A stretch of DNA of 64,000 nt from Vicugna vicugna. Taxonomy: Eukaryota. Both the position numbers and the translations under genes were made by a program. The stretch lies in contig MU057711.1 of the NCBI GenBank assembly GCA_013265495.1, positions 806,001-870,000 on the forward strand, written 5' to 3'. Positions within the stretch are counted from its first letter, which is position 1. Each line of letters starts with the position of its first letter. The notes under the pieces were generated by a model that saw only the letters and a list, made by a program, of their open reading frames with translations, did not search any database and had not been told where the DNA came from. This document shows, piece after piece, positions 1 through 12,891 of this stretch.

Positions 1-1600
1 GCCAGCTAGGATTTTGATAGGGATTACACTCAATCTGTAGATCACTTTGGTGAGTACTGCCATATTAATAATGTTAATTCTTCCATTCTATGAACTTGGG
101 GGTCCTGTTTATTTAGGTCTTCTTTAATTTCTTTCAACTATGTTTTGTGGTTTTTGAGTATATAAGTCTTGCAATTCTTTTGCTAAACTTGTTCTTAAAT
201 GTTTTATTCCTTTTGATACTATTGGAAATTGAATTATTTTCTGCATTTCTTCTTTGAATCGTTCATTCTTTATATAAAAAAATTACAGAAGGCAGGGGTT
301 ATAGCTCAGTGGTGTGCATGCTTAGCATGCACAAGGTCCTGGGTTCAATCCCAGTACCTCTATTAACTAAAAATAAAAAAATAAACTAAATAAAAGCTAA
401 AAAAAAAATAAGAAATACAAATTGATTTCTGTGTATCAGTCTTGTATTCTGCAACCTTTCAGAACTTGTTTATTCTAGTAGTTTTTTTCAGTGGATTCCT
501 TAGGATTTTATAAGATCATGTTGTCTGCAAATACAGACACTTTTACTTCTTTCCAATCTGGATGCCTTATCGCCCCACCCCCTGGCCAATTGCCTTGGCT
601 GGAACCTCTAGTACAATGTTGGATAGAAATGGCAGGCTCTATTCAGATCAAATTTATTGGCATACAGTTGTTTATAGTATAGTCTTACTCCTTTTTTATT
701 TCTGTAAGTTTGATAGTAATGTGACCTGTGTCTTTCTTGATTTTAGTCATTTGAGTGTTCTCCCTAATATTGCTAAATGTTTGTCAGTTTTGTTGAACTA
801 GTCAAAAAACCAACTTTTGGTTTATTGATTTTCCTAGTTGTTTTACTCTTCACTGTTCCATTTATTTACTCTCTAATTATTCTCTAATCCTTCCTTCTGC
901 TTGTTTGTGTTCTGTTTGCACTTCTTTTCCTACTTTCTTAAGGTGGAAGGTTAGGTTATTGATTTGAAATTTAATATAAGCATTTCGGCTATCAATATAT
1001 TTATAAGCACTACTTTAGCTGCATCTCATAAATTCTAGTAACATATTTTAGTTTTTTTTTATTCATCTCAAAATATTTTCCAGTTTCCCTTACAATTTCT
1101 TTTTGATTCTTCTGTTATTTAGGGGTTAATTTCATGTTTTATGAATTTCCAGATTTTCTTTTTATTCATTTCTAATTTGATCACATTGTGATTGGAGATT
1201 ATAGTTTCTATGATTGCAGGCCTTTGAACAATAGACGTTTGTTTAAGGCTTGCTTATGGTCTTTGCTGGAGATTGTTATATGTGCCCTTGACAATAATGT
1301 GTATACTGCTGCTGTTGGGTGGGTTGTTCTCTAGGTTTTGTTATGTCTAATTGGTTTATAGTATTGTTCACGTCTGCACTGGTCTGTTGAAGACCTATCT
1401 TCAAGTTCATTGATTCTTTCTTCTGCCAGCTAAAATTGCTCTTTAGCCCATCTAGTGAATTTTTCATTTAAATTACTATATTTTTCAACTTTTAATTTCT
1501 ATTTGCATCTTTTTTATGATTCCTGTCTCTTTATTGGTATTCTGTATTTCTTAGAACATCATTCTTATAGTTTCCTGCGGTTCTTTGATTTCCTTTAGTT
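1..1600 (-). mobile_element. Old LINE-1 fragment(s), interrupted by a SINE at ~291-410
   Basis: T-rich antisense L1 ORF2-like text ('gggattttgatagggattacactcaatctgtagatcactttgg', 'ataagatcatgttgtctgcaaatacagac'); minus ORF 1276-1467 contains L1-endonuclease-like 'DVNNTINQLDIT'. Boundaries approximate. Confidence 0.75.
291..410 (+). mobile_element. tRNA-derived SINE (camelid-type)
   Basis: A-box 'tagctcagtgg', B-box 'gggttcaatccc', core 'catgcttagcatgcacaaggtcctgggttcaatcccagtacctc', then A-rich tail; same family as copies at 12507 and 33654. Confidence 0.85.
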
Positions 1601-1604
1601 TTGT

Positions 1605-1932
1605 TTTTTAATTGTGGTAAAATAAACATAACATAAAATTGGCCGTCTTAACTATTTTAAAGTATACAGTTCAGTAGTGATAGATATAGTCACATTTTTA
1701 TGTAACAAACCTCTAGAACTTTTCCATCTTGCAAAACTGAAACTCTGTGCTAATTAAATGCAACTGTGTTTCTTCCTTCTTCAGCCCCTGCCACCTATTA
1801 TTCTCCTTTCTGTTTCTGTAAGTTTAACTAATCTATATGCCTTATATAAGTGGAATCATACAATATTTGTCTTTTTACAACTGATTTATTTCATTTTGCA
1901 CAGTATCTTGAAGGTTCACCCATATTGTAGCA
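1605..1932 (-). mobile_element. L1 3' end fragment (L1MA/MB-like) nested in older L1 sequence
   Basis: 'ttgtggtaaaataaacataacataaaattggccgtcttaactattttaaagtatacagttcagtag...ataagtggaatcatacaatatttgtc' is typical antisense L1 3'UTR; similar text at ~43010-43300. Confidence 0.65.
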
Positions 1933-2814
1933 GTTCTGTTTTAAGTATATTTTTAATAGCTGATTTTAAATCTTTGTCTAAGAAGTCTAACATCTGGGCT
2001 TTCTCAGGGACTGTTTCTAGTCACTGCTTTTTTTTTTTTCTTTTACTGATTTTAGGCCATACTTTGTGTTTCTTCATGTGCCTCATAATTTCTTTGTTGA
2101 AACTGAACATGTAAAATATTACGATTTTTAAACTAATCAGATTTCCCCCTCCCTAAGGGTTTGTTGTTTTGTTATTGTTGCTATTTGGTTTTTTTTAGTG
2201 ATTTTCCTGGTCTTATTCTGTAAAATCTGTATTCTTTGTCATGTGTGGCCACTGAAGCTGCTCAGTTTGTCTAGTGGCCAGCTAATGATAGGACAAAGAT
2301 TTCCTTAAGTGCCTAAATCGGTGGTCTTCCACTCTTTTCCAAGGGGCTCTGTGTTTAACATGAGGGCAGGTAGTTTATAACTGCCTCAGCCTTCACTGCC
2401 TGCTTTTACGCAGCCTCAGTGTCTGCCAGAGGTGGGCTTTGAGGGCTGTCTCAGATCGTTTCTCGTCATACTTACAGTCCTGTACATATACATGACTGCC
2501 TAGATTCCCAGGAACACCTCAGAGCTTTTGAAAGGCCTCCATGAGTATCTCATCCCCCAGAGTTTTTCATTAAGTTTTTTGATCAGCCTGTTGTTTGTCC
2601 CAACTGATGTCGCTGCCTCAGGCAGCTGCAGTGTCAAACAGTTGCTGTTGGTTTTTGACAAATGCCCCGAGGATAGTGCTGTTCACACAGAGTGTTCTCT
2701 GAGTCAGATCAAATAAAGATGCATCCTGAGAATGAGGCCTTTCCAAGGAACTGCCAGACCCCTCAGACAGTGACATTCTCGGGGGCTGGGGCTTGTGGAG
2801 AGCTCTAATCCTGT

Positions 2815-3579
2815 NNNNNNNNNNNNNNNNNNNNNNNNNNNNNNNNNNNNNNNNNNNNNNNNNNNNNNNNNNNNNNNNNNNNNNNNNNNNNNNNNNNNNN
2901 NNNNNNNNNNNNNNNNNNNNNNNNNNNNNNNNNNNNNNNNNNNNNNNNNNNNNNNNNNNNNNNNNNNNNNNNNNNNNNNNNNNNNNNNNNNNNNNNNNNN
3001 NNNNNNNNNNNNNNNNNNNNNNNNNNNNNNNNNNNNNNNNNNNNNNNNNNNNNNNNNNNNNNNNNNNNNNNNNNNNNNNNNNNNNNNNNNNNNNNNNNNN
3101 NNNNNNNNNNNNNNNNNNNNNNNNNNNNNNNNNNNNNNNNNNNNNNNNNNNNNNNNNNNNNNNNNNNNNNNNNNNNNNNNNNNNNNNNNNNNNNNNNNNN
3201 NNNNNNNNNNNNNNNNNNNNNNNNNNNNNNNNNNNNNNNNNNNNNNNNNNNNNNNNNNNNNNNNNNNNNNNNNNNNNNNNNNNNNNNNNNNNNNNNNNNN
3301 NNNNNNNNNNNNNNNNNNNNNNNNNNNNNNNNNNNNNNNNNNNNNNNNNNNNNNNNNNNNNNNNNNNNNNNNNNNNNNNNNNNNNNNNNNNNNNNNNNNN
3401 NNNNNNNNNNNNNNNNNNNNNNNNNNNNNNNNNNNNNNNNNNNNNNNNNNNNNNNNNNNNNNNNNNNNNNNNNNNNNNNNNNNNNNNNNNNNNNNNNNNN
3501 NNNNNNNNNNNNNNNNNNNNNNNNNNNNNNNNNNNNNNNNNNNNNNNNNNNNNNNNNNNNNNNNNNNNNNNNNNNNNNN
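2815..3579. other. Assembly gap (765 N)
   Basis: Run of N seen directly. Confidence 1.
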
Positions 3580-6500
3580 ATAAGGAAGAACAGATACGTA
3601 ATATGTGTATAGCATACGTGTACCGTTGTACTGTTGTTAGGTACTATGTATACAACACACGCAGAATAAATTTTAAAAATTACATTTTGGTGAAGAAAAT
3701 GATGTATTCTAATCAGATAATTGTTTTATTTCATAATGTAGCTATTGAAGCTTATTCTAGAAATAAAAATGTCAACTCTTATTTTCTCATTGTTCCTATT
3801 TTTGCCTCTATTATCTTTAATGGTATTTTGCAGGAATCTTTTTAAACACTCCACTCACCCATTTTTAGTCTATAAAACACTTAATCAGGCACACATGGAC
3901 CGCAGTGGCTACAACCACAGGTAAAGCAGGTGAGTGAGGGCCCCGCCATCAGCTGCGGGATTTCCACTCCTCTCTTAGGATATTTCATGTGTGTGTGAAG
4001 TATGTACCAAGTGAGGGTGTTACTTCATTTTGTGTAATAAGTATTTTATAAACTCATTTCTTTCTGGTATTACAGATGCATGAAGATGAATGTATTACTG
4101 TTTTCTCCTTGTACTTTGGTGGGTTATTCTGAACATTCCACTTTTGTGGCCAGCGGTCTAAGCACAAGATGCAGCTGCAGTCACAGTTGGGTAGTGGGCT
4201 CGCAGGTGCTCACTTTGTTACACTTCATATCTCATGTGTGTTGCATATATTCTGTGTGATAAAATATTTTTTAAAATATTTCAGGTCATCATAATTTTGC
4301 TTGAAAATTCTGTAGTTGTCCTAATAACATTTGTCACTTATTACCACACAGGAGGAATTTAAGGCTTTTCAGTCTGCAGTGTTGTGTCTTCTAGAATATT
4401 TTCTTGGCTGTTTCTTTCATTATAGGCTATTTTACATTTGCTGAGACCCCTTCTTTAGTTACATCAATTATCTGTGAATTAGACATGTTTATTTTTTCCT
4501 TATCTTTCCCCAGCACGGCTTTACGCCTTTTTCTTCTGTGTTCTGGACATTTTCTCAACTTTATTATTATCAGTGATTGAATTCCTGTGGGAGTTATTTG
4601 TGTGTGGCTTCCAAAGTTGATTTTAATTATTTGATTTTACTTTATTTATTTATTTTTACTTTTTGTTGTGGAGAATTTTGACTGCAGCGAAAGTTGAGAG
4701 AATAGCATAATGAACCGTTAAGCTTATCACCCAGTTTTAACAGTTACCATCTGATGGCCAATCTTGTTTCATCTCTTCCTACCCATTCTCCCTCATCCCA
4801 CTCCTATTTACCTTGAATCGAATTCCAGACATCATTTCTTTTCGTGACTATGTTAGTATCTATCTCTCGAAGATACAGACCTTTATAAAATAGCACCATA
4901 CTCCCGTACTTAAAGCTGACAGGTGCCTAGTCATGTGTAGTGAGTGGAGCATGCTCCTGGATCGCCTACAGACATCTGTAGTTCTTCTCTGGCCAGAAGC
5001 TCTTACTGAAGAACAGTCTTCAGCATACACCCCTCCCCATAGTTTATCCCCCCTCTGGCCTCATGTCCTGGAGAATAAAGGGTCGTATCACAGCTATTTC
5101 CATTGCCAGGCATGCTGCGTAGGTAGGAATGATAGTTCAGGATTGATGTAGTAAGACCTTTTAATGAAGATAAGAGAGAAAAAAACAGTTCTGGTCATTC
5201 TTGAAAGCAGCTCCTCTGTGTGGGTGAATTGGACCATGGAAGCCTTGGCTCTAAAGTTTGGGGGAAAAGCAGCAGTTTGATGGCTAAAAAGTTCTCACTG
5301 TAATTCTTGTCCGTCTGTGAACTCAGCAGTTTACCTTGGTTTCATCTGAGTAGTGGTTACTAGAATGCTTCTCATCTGGCACACTGCTGATCAGTTTTTC
5401 TGTGTAACATCTGCATATCTTTTTCTGTTTTGCTAAATCAAAGATGGAGGCGAGCAAATTGGGCATCACTGATTTTCTCTCCTCACAACCTAGCTGTCGT
5501 GTAATACATTCTAAAAGACCTCATTCATAGCTCAGGAACATTGCTTTGTTAATTTTCCTACTTTTTAAAAACCTCAGTGTCTTAAAATTTTAAGAGGAAA
5601 AAAAATCACTGGACAGTGCAGTAAACACTTCTCAAACATAACCAACATGTATGTATTAAATTTCATCACAGCCATTAAATAATAGATTTGTACGTAACTA
5701 GAATGGGTTTAACTAAGATTGCCATACATAGATTAACAGTTTTCAGGTAATTGATAGACAGTAATATTACTCTTAACCAATTCTATACTGAACATAATTA
5801 GAATTGCCTTGGGTGACTTGAAAGTAACTTATTATAACATTAAACATTATTAAGTCTTGTGAAAATATGAGTAGTAGAACTTTCTGGGAATTGTATTCTA
5901 GATAAACATACAGTTTCCAGTACAATGAATGTTTAACAAAATTCAAGAGCTTCAGAGAGCTTCGAATTAAGACTAACTTGTGGGTATATTTAAAAACAAG
6001 TAAAACTTTAGAAAGAGAATCAGAAGCAAGGAGAAGCTAGTTACATAGTAAAATTGTGATGTTAAGTATTTTAGTCATTTTACTTCCTTTTCGAATATGT
6101 TTGTCGACCCTATTTACATCTTATACTAATCTAGTCTAAGTGAAAGTTATAATGTGTTAAAAGGTTTAGAACATGTGGAAGGCACTTGGTGCCTTTACAG
6201 TCCGTGTAGAGCTCTCCGCTGTGGGTGCCTGCAGCTTGGAGCATTTGAGCAGGGATCTTAGAAGACATATCCTCCTTAATATACAATTGTTCAGTGTTTA
6301 AAGAATCTGATCGGTAAATTGACTAATTTATCCAATTAAAATATTTTTGAGAGATACTGATATTTTGCTCATTATAAACAGAAAGGTTTTGCTTTAAGGC
6401 ATTTTTTTAAAGTGAGCTATCCCTTGTGCTTTGTCAGAATATAGGAGTAATTTTTATCCGTTCACTCTTGTTTGGAATTCCCCTTTCAGTTAAAGACTTT

Positions 6501-6912
6501 CTGATAACGTTTGAGGGGAAATATACTAATTATTATTTTACCTGTTACCTAAGAATTTCAAAATGCTCTACACGTTTACTTTATATTCCCATAGCAGTTG
6601 AGAAGGGTGTGTTACCGAGAGGGAAACTGGTTCTGCAGGATTGGTAACGAATTCATGGCCACACAGTGAGTCATTAATAGGTTTAAGAACAAAGCTTGAA
6701 TGGCTAATTCTTGCTTCTTTGGGCTTCTGTATGTTAAAAAATCTTTGGTATTGAATATATTTCTTTTTGGTTTTCAGTGTTTTCCTCATGTTTCTCAAAC
6801 TAGCTATATTGAGCAGAAATATCAACCTTGCTAATACATCACGTGTGTTTTAAAATTTATGCAGCTTTCTGTTGGAACTACTGAATCGATTTAAATGTTT
6901 ATTCTCCCACAG

Positions 6913-7063
6913 GTGTTGGATCCCGAACAGAATCATAACTTCACAGATCATTATCTCAATGTGGCCTTTGACCTTTCCCAAGTCCTTTTTATAGCTACGG
7001 CCAACACCACTGCTACTATTCCACCTGCCTTGTTGGACAGAATGGAGATCATTCAGGTGCCAG
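6913..7063 (+). CDS. LONP2: LONP2 coding exon (exon 9 by recalled human numbering): [50 protein letters not shown]
   Basis: cccacag| acceptor, |gtact donor, 151 nt, phase 0 to 1; Lon AAA+ motifs LDPEQN, FIATAN (sensor 1), LLDRME (Arg finger). Confidence 0.97.
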
Positions 7064-8945
7064 GTACTTGATTTGTAAACAAAATCGTTATTTTGTTAAA
7101 TAAGAAGCTATTTCTGAGAGCTTTTCTGAGCATAACTCTTTAAAATTGGTTGAGCTGTGGAGTTTTTAGTAAAAAGTTGATTTGCCAATGTATGATCTTC
7201 AAAAGTTCTGAATCTGGTATATAAACCAGCTTTTATGTAGATTCAGAGCCACAGAATTTTGCAAATATTGTTTATTTGTTTTAACTGTGACAGATAAGAG
7301 TGTATGTGTGTTCTGTAAAACATACGAGTAAATTTTGCACAACAATTTCAGATTTAATGTAGCATTAAAGAATGATCATTTTTATGGAAAACACGATATT
7401 CTTCTTTGAAGCAATTTCTAAAATTATTGACAAAAATAATTATTTTTTAAAGTAAGTAAAATTATTTTTTAAAGTAAGCTGAAAAGCAAAAATGGATCCT
7501 CGTATAGCCAGTGTAGCTTCCTGTCTATCAGATTTTGAAGTTTTTACCGTCTCTGAGAAAGTCTAATCATTCATTCTCATTGAGAGGTAGATCCTATAGC
7601 TTTCTGTTTGTTATATCTGGCCTCATTTTTATGTAAAAGTTCAGGATGCTTTTAAATTCCTCTCCTTCTTAATTGACTCTGTCAAATAGTTACATACTTT
7701 TTTTTTCAACCAGGTCTCCTTCACTGGAGTGTGTAAAATAAAGTCCTTTAGTTACTAACACTAAGTAAATCCCAGTGTTTTCACCTTATTTCAATTGCTC
7801 AGAATTACTTTTCCTTAGAAGAGATCAAATGTCAGTGGATATCTGTTAAAATGAAAATATAATCTAAGTATGTATTTCATATTAATCTGACTTTTTACTA
7901 TCAGGTAAATGATAATTGAATTTCTTAGTTATCTGTGAACCCTACAGGTTCCTATATTTGGTTTTAAAATACAGTGGAGTAAAAAATTGCTTTGTGCTTA
8001 TTTATAAGACTGAAGTAAATAAGTAATGAGACCCAGTTGTCTGGAAACTCCAATTTAAGGCAAAAATCCATAAGACGTACTAGCTTGAAGTGAGATTATC
8101 AGGACGGCTGCTGCAGAGGTGACTGTGATGCCACCTTCCACCAGCAGGTTTGCTTATCCTTTCCTCTAGCTTTTCTGGTGTTTTTTATTTCCTTTTTCTC
8201 CTCAAAAGATGCCTTGTCAATTCACCTTTTTAATTTTGCTTGGAATTGGAAAAGAGGCAATCATTGTAGGGGGCAATTTTGTCTTACAGGATTTAAAGAC
8301 AGTAAATTTTATACTCATTGAGGTTTTTAAGGAAATAAGAAAAGTAAATAAGAACACAGAGGTTTTAAAATATAAATTATATGCATAATTCCGGCATGTA
8401 GAGGGGAAAAAACTTCATGGGGCAAAAACTTTTTAGTTTTTGTACTGTTTTGTTGCTAAGATTTATAGGTGGAGTTCTGGAAATAGCTCCTTTGCAGCTC
8501 TTCCCTTGAAGTCTTAGTGAGAAGTCTTTGTTGTTGCTGTTGTAAGTTTTTTCAGTTATGTATCAAATTATACTAAAGAAAAGGAATGTGTTATTTTCTT
8601 ATTAAATAATAAAATAAAAACTCACATTTGAGTTAAGGAGGTAACTGTCTCTAAGTTAATGAGACAGAGATTTTTTTTTTCTTCTTTGAGAGAGATACCA
8701 TTTAATCAAAAGACTTTTAAGCACTGTGCTTAGTAAGTACTTGTTTTGTTTGTGAAAAAGTCAGGAATGCTAACAACTATGGGCTGGATATTCAATTTCT
8801 TTATTCTGATTGCAATTTTAGTTGAAGTAACACTTAAATTCATTTTAAATCCAAGATTCGTTGAAACAGCTTTGGGTTTATTACTGAAGCGTGGTGCTGT
8901 GGAAGCCATGTGAATAATCACAAAACATGATGGTATCTTTTCCAG

Positions 8946-9072
8946 GGTACACACAAGAGGAGAAGATAGAGATTGCCCACAGGCACTTGATCCCTAAGCA
9001 ACTGGAGCAGCATGGGCTGACTCCTCAGCAGATTCAGATCCCTCAGGTCACCACTCTGGACATCATCACCAG
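8946..9072 (+). CDS. LONP2: LONP2 coding exon 10: GYTQEEKIEIAHRHLIPKQLEQHGLTPQQIQIPQVTTLDIITR
   Basis: ctttccag| and |gttagt; 127 nt, phase 1 to 2; Lon motif GY...EK..IA..HLIPKQ. Confidence 0.97.
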
Positions 9073-10339
9073 GTTAGTCTGCCGTCCTGAGGCTTCACTC
9101 ATGTGCACGTCTAGACAGAAGATTCCTGTTTTACTGGAAACTCACAGTATCCATTTCTCTCTGTCTCTCTCTCCAGCAGATTCCCAGCAAGCATTCCCAT
9201 AGCTGTTGATTCACACGGAGCTCTGTATTAGGCAGAAATTCATAGGGAAAGCATTTAGAGTTTCTTCCTAGCTAACTAAGGACTTGAGTTGAGCCAGAAT
9301 TTCAGCTTTTCCACAGTAGTAATATAAGGGATTAATTTAATAAATTAACACCCCAAAACTGAGATACCTTTTATGACCCAGGATCTTAAACGTTGAAATC
9401 TAAGTTCGAGTTTTCACCTTTGGAATTAACACCAGGACAACAATAAAGGTGCTTCCCAAGTTAGCTACCAAATGTTAAGCCTGTGGCAAGCAGGACATAA
9501 ATTATCTGAGTGCAGTGTTGCTGAGTCTAATTTATAGATTGCATGTTTGAATGGAAAATATATCCTGTTGAGAATTTATATCTACAATAGCCTCTCACAG
9601 TTTTCCTGGCTCAGCATTGCACGTCCATTGCATCATCTGGCAAATGGTGTCAGACTGCCAGGACTCCACATGCAGCGCTTTCCCAGCAACTGCTGCGTTT
9701 CAAGAGAAGTGAAGTCTCGCTCCCTTTTGAACTCTGACTTAGAGTTTGGCCAGGCAGACTGCTTTTTGATCTAAGCCAGCTTCCTTATGGAAGTCTGTTG
9801 GGAAGTCTATTTAAATTTACGTACAAAACAGTAAGACTCTATCTGATCTGGGAGTTCCTTTTCTTAACTTGTGGTTTGCTGTCTGGATAATGCCAGGGAA
9901 AGTAAAGTATTTTATCATTTTAAATAAGGTGATTTATATGCCAGAGTCTTCCAAAAATACCATTATTCCAGATAACACCCCTTATGTCTGAGTAACTTTC
10001 AACAAGTCACTTAACCTTTTTGATAGCTTCCCCATCTGTAAAAGCTAAGTGATAGGGGAAAATACCCATTGATAGCTTATCTGGCTCTAAATAATAATGA
10101 TTCTGAAGAGTAATCATTGTTATTTCCCAGTTGTTGCCTGGAGAACTGTTTCCTTTCTATATACTTGTTAGCTCAAACGTCAGATATTAAAAGCTGTGAA
10201 CATTGGGAAATTTCTCTGAGCAGTTTTAATATTTTTAAAAACAGCACAGGTATTTGCTACTCCAGGCAAGTTTTGGATATTTAGTGAGTTACCCAACTTA
10301 GGACCTAGTTTTTCATCTTGCACGCGTGTTTCATCTTAT

Positions 10340-11480
10340 CCTGTGTCACAGTCACAGACCCACAGTGTTCAGGAGGAGGGGAGGGGGTCTTAGGAGCCGT
10401 CTGGTCCTCCTCACCTCCCGTATAGCCAGCCTGCTTGACTTCTTCCAGTGCTGGAGTGCTCACTGCTGACTGCTCCTTGTGAGTAAGTACAGCTGCTGTA
10501 AAATAATCTTTATATTCACCCTCTTACAATTTTCTCATTCTGCCCAATACGTACACGTGGAATCTAAATATAATTTCTCTCTTGTACAGCCCTTCTGGCA
10601 TTAAAAAAAAATGCCATCAGGTCCCCATCCCATAAAGGTTCTCTTCTCTAAGCTAAACTTCCCTCTTCTCTTTACCATTCCTCTTGACCCACTTTTAAGA
10701 CTTTTCCCCTTCTTGGTTAGTCTTCTTCTGAATGATTCCTGTGATGTCAATGTCCTTTTTTAATTAAACACCCATAGTAGAATGCAGTATTTCAGATGTA
10801 GCCTAAACAGTCGTGGTATAAGAAGCCCATTGATTTTCTTATTGTGACTCTGTTATTTTATGACTGTGTCTCAGGATTCTTAGCTTTTTTGAGTTGTGCT
10901 CTTGCCTATTGCACTTACAGTTACCCAACACCTTCAGTTCTTTTCCATATGAATTTCTGCTACGCCTGGTCTATCCCATCGCATGTTTATAGGGGTTGAA
11001 TTTTTCAAAGCCTAACTAGAGAAGTGTGTAATTATGTATGTTTTAATATACGTGTTCGTCTCAGCTACCATTGCAGCAAACTGATTTTCTCTTTCATCTT
11101 GATTATCATCAAGTACATTAGTTTTACGTCCTCTGAAAATTGGCATCTTCATGATCATCAGCCAGCTCTTATTTGACACCGGTGCTTCTTCCTTTTTTGG
11201 TTTAAAGATGCTAAGTAGGGGTTGACGTGTCTGCTCTCTCTCAGTCAGCTGTTCATGCTGCACTGTCTGCGTTAGTTCCCAGCCCCGTATTGCTGCAAAC
11301 GCCTAAAAGCATCTCTCTGTTGTTGCTGGCGCCCTTATTATCTTTGGCACGCTGCAGCTTCCTCTGGACGTCCCGTGCCTTTTCTGCGTGTGCATGCCAT
11401 TCCTCCGTAAGCTTCCTCAGGCCGTTCTCTTTCATCTTTGTGCAGACCCTTTAATCTGGGCTCATCAGATAGTTGTCTCA
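10340..11480 (-). mobile_element. Ancient CR1/L3 LINE remnant
   Basis: Minus-strand text resembling CR1 ORF2 ('AKDNK', 'ctgactgagagagagcagacacgtcaacccctacttagcatc') and CR1-like 'tagaatgcagtatttcagatgtagcctaaacag'. Recalled similarity only. Confidence 0.55.
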
Positions 11481-12220
11481 GAAGCTGAACTGGGTTTTGG
11501 CTTTTGTTTTTACATGTTGGTTTGTTTATTTTTAGGATGCCTCCCTGTTTTCTTTCTTACTGAAATTACATGAAGCTGTGGAATATGGACTTTTCTCTCC
11601 TCCTTATTCCTTTGATTGAAGTGAGTCTTTAGAGTGTTTAGCCAAGAACTTATTTACCTTCTCTCAGAACTTAAGAAATCTGCTTCACTGCAGTCTGAAA
11701 TCTATGTCTGACTTCCTAATCAGTGCAGTTTTTCAAAGGGAACTGCGTTCTCTCTCTCTGATGCTGTCCATTCAGACTCACCCAGAGCTGGTGGCCAAGA
11801 ATGACTGTACCATCTAAAGGTTTATGAAGTGGCATACAGGGTTTAAGTCTAACATATAAGTTTTTAAAGACAGCTCTACTGAACCACATTTAGAATCTTT
11901 TTCACAAAACCACAGTGCTCGCCTCATTAGCATACTTACTCTCTTTAGAAGTCTCTGCAGTGCAAGTACACTGAATGGGATAATAGGCACAGTTCCTAAT
12001 ATGACTGGATTTCTGTCTCAAATTGTTTTCTGCTTTAGTTGGGAAAATAGTTCTATTTTTCTGATTCTTTCAGCAATATTTCAAGTATAATAAATTTATC
12101 AGAATTTTCTTAAATAGACAAAATTTTAAGAAAGCTTTTACACTTATCATCAAGGAGTAAGTGTTTTATGCACTGCCAGTTTACTTTGGCAATATAAATT
12201 GAAGAACCAAGAATTCATTT

Positions 12221-12320
12221 TTTTTTTTATTGAAGTGCAATCAATTACAGTGTGTCAGTCTCTGGTGTACAGCACAATGTCCCAGTCATGCATATATATA
12301 CGTATATTCATTTTCATATT
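12221..12320 (-). mobile_element. 100-bp 5'-truncated L1 3' end with poly(A) and 12-bp TSD
   Basis: TSD AAGAATTCATTT at 12209-12220 and 12321-12332; poly-T followed by 'attgaagtgcaatcaattacagtgtg', like the L1 terminus at ~32060. Confidence 0.8.
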
Positions 12321-12506
12321 AAGAATTCATTTCTTAAGAATGGAGTAATGGTTTAAGATATTCTGTGTAAAGGAAAATGCTGTAGCCGAAAATACTTCTG
12401 AATCTTTAAGAAATAACGGTACTTTAATGAGGAATTTTTAAAGGTGTGGAAGTTAGTACTCAAGAAACTAATGAACTTTTAAATATATACTTCCTTTAGT
12501 ATAATT

Positions 12507-12663
12507 GTTTTTTTTTCTTTTTTTATACTAAATTCTCTTTTCAGGGGAGGAGGTAATTTAATTGGTTTATGTACTTAGGTATTTATGGAGGTACTGGGGA
12601 CTGAATCCAGGACCTCGTGCATGCTAAGCATGCCGTCCACCACTGAGCTATACCCTCCCCTCC
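12507..12663 (-). mobile_element. tRNA-derived SINE (camelid-type) with 15-bp TSD
   Basis: TSD TCCTTTAGTATAATT at 12492-12506 and 12664-12678; reverse complement of GGGGAGGGTATAGCTCAGTGG...CATGCTTAGCATGCACGAGGTCCTGG. Confidence 0.9.
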
Positions 12664-12757
12664 TCCTTTAGTATAATTATTAATCACATTACCTCTCTCT
12701 CTTTTTACAGGTGGTGTTTAGCCAAAAATAAAATATTTTTCTTCGATTTGATGACAG

Positions 12758-12891
12758 GTACACCCGAGAGGCAGGGGTTCGCTCTCTGGACAGGAAGCTG
12801 GGAGCCATTTGCCGAGCCGTGGCTGTGAAGGTGGCAGAGGGACAGCACAGAGAAGCCAAGTTGGACCGTCCCGACGTGACTGAGGGAGAAG
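12758..12891 (+). CDS. LONP2: LONP2 coding exon 11: YTREAGVRSLDRKLGAICRAVAVKVAEGQHREAKLDRPDVTEGE
   Basis: gatgacag| and |gtctgt; 134 nt, phase 2 to 1; Lon motif YTREAGVR (sensor 2). Confidence 0.96.

Noticed and set aside
291..360. tRNA-like sequence with A and B boxes
   Set aside because: The A-rich tail and related copies with TSDs show it is a SINE, not a tRNA gene.
2704..3845. Long ORFs of 262-350 aa
   Set aside because: Artefacts of translating through the N gap.
11253..11435. Coiled-coil-looking minus ORF (RKLTEEWHAHAEKARDVQRKLQ)
   Set aside because: Better explained as decayed CR1/L3 ORF2; not counted in the fossil gene.
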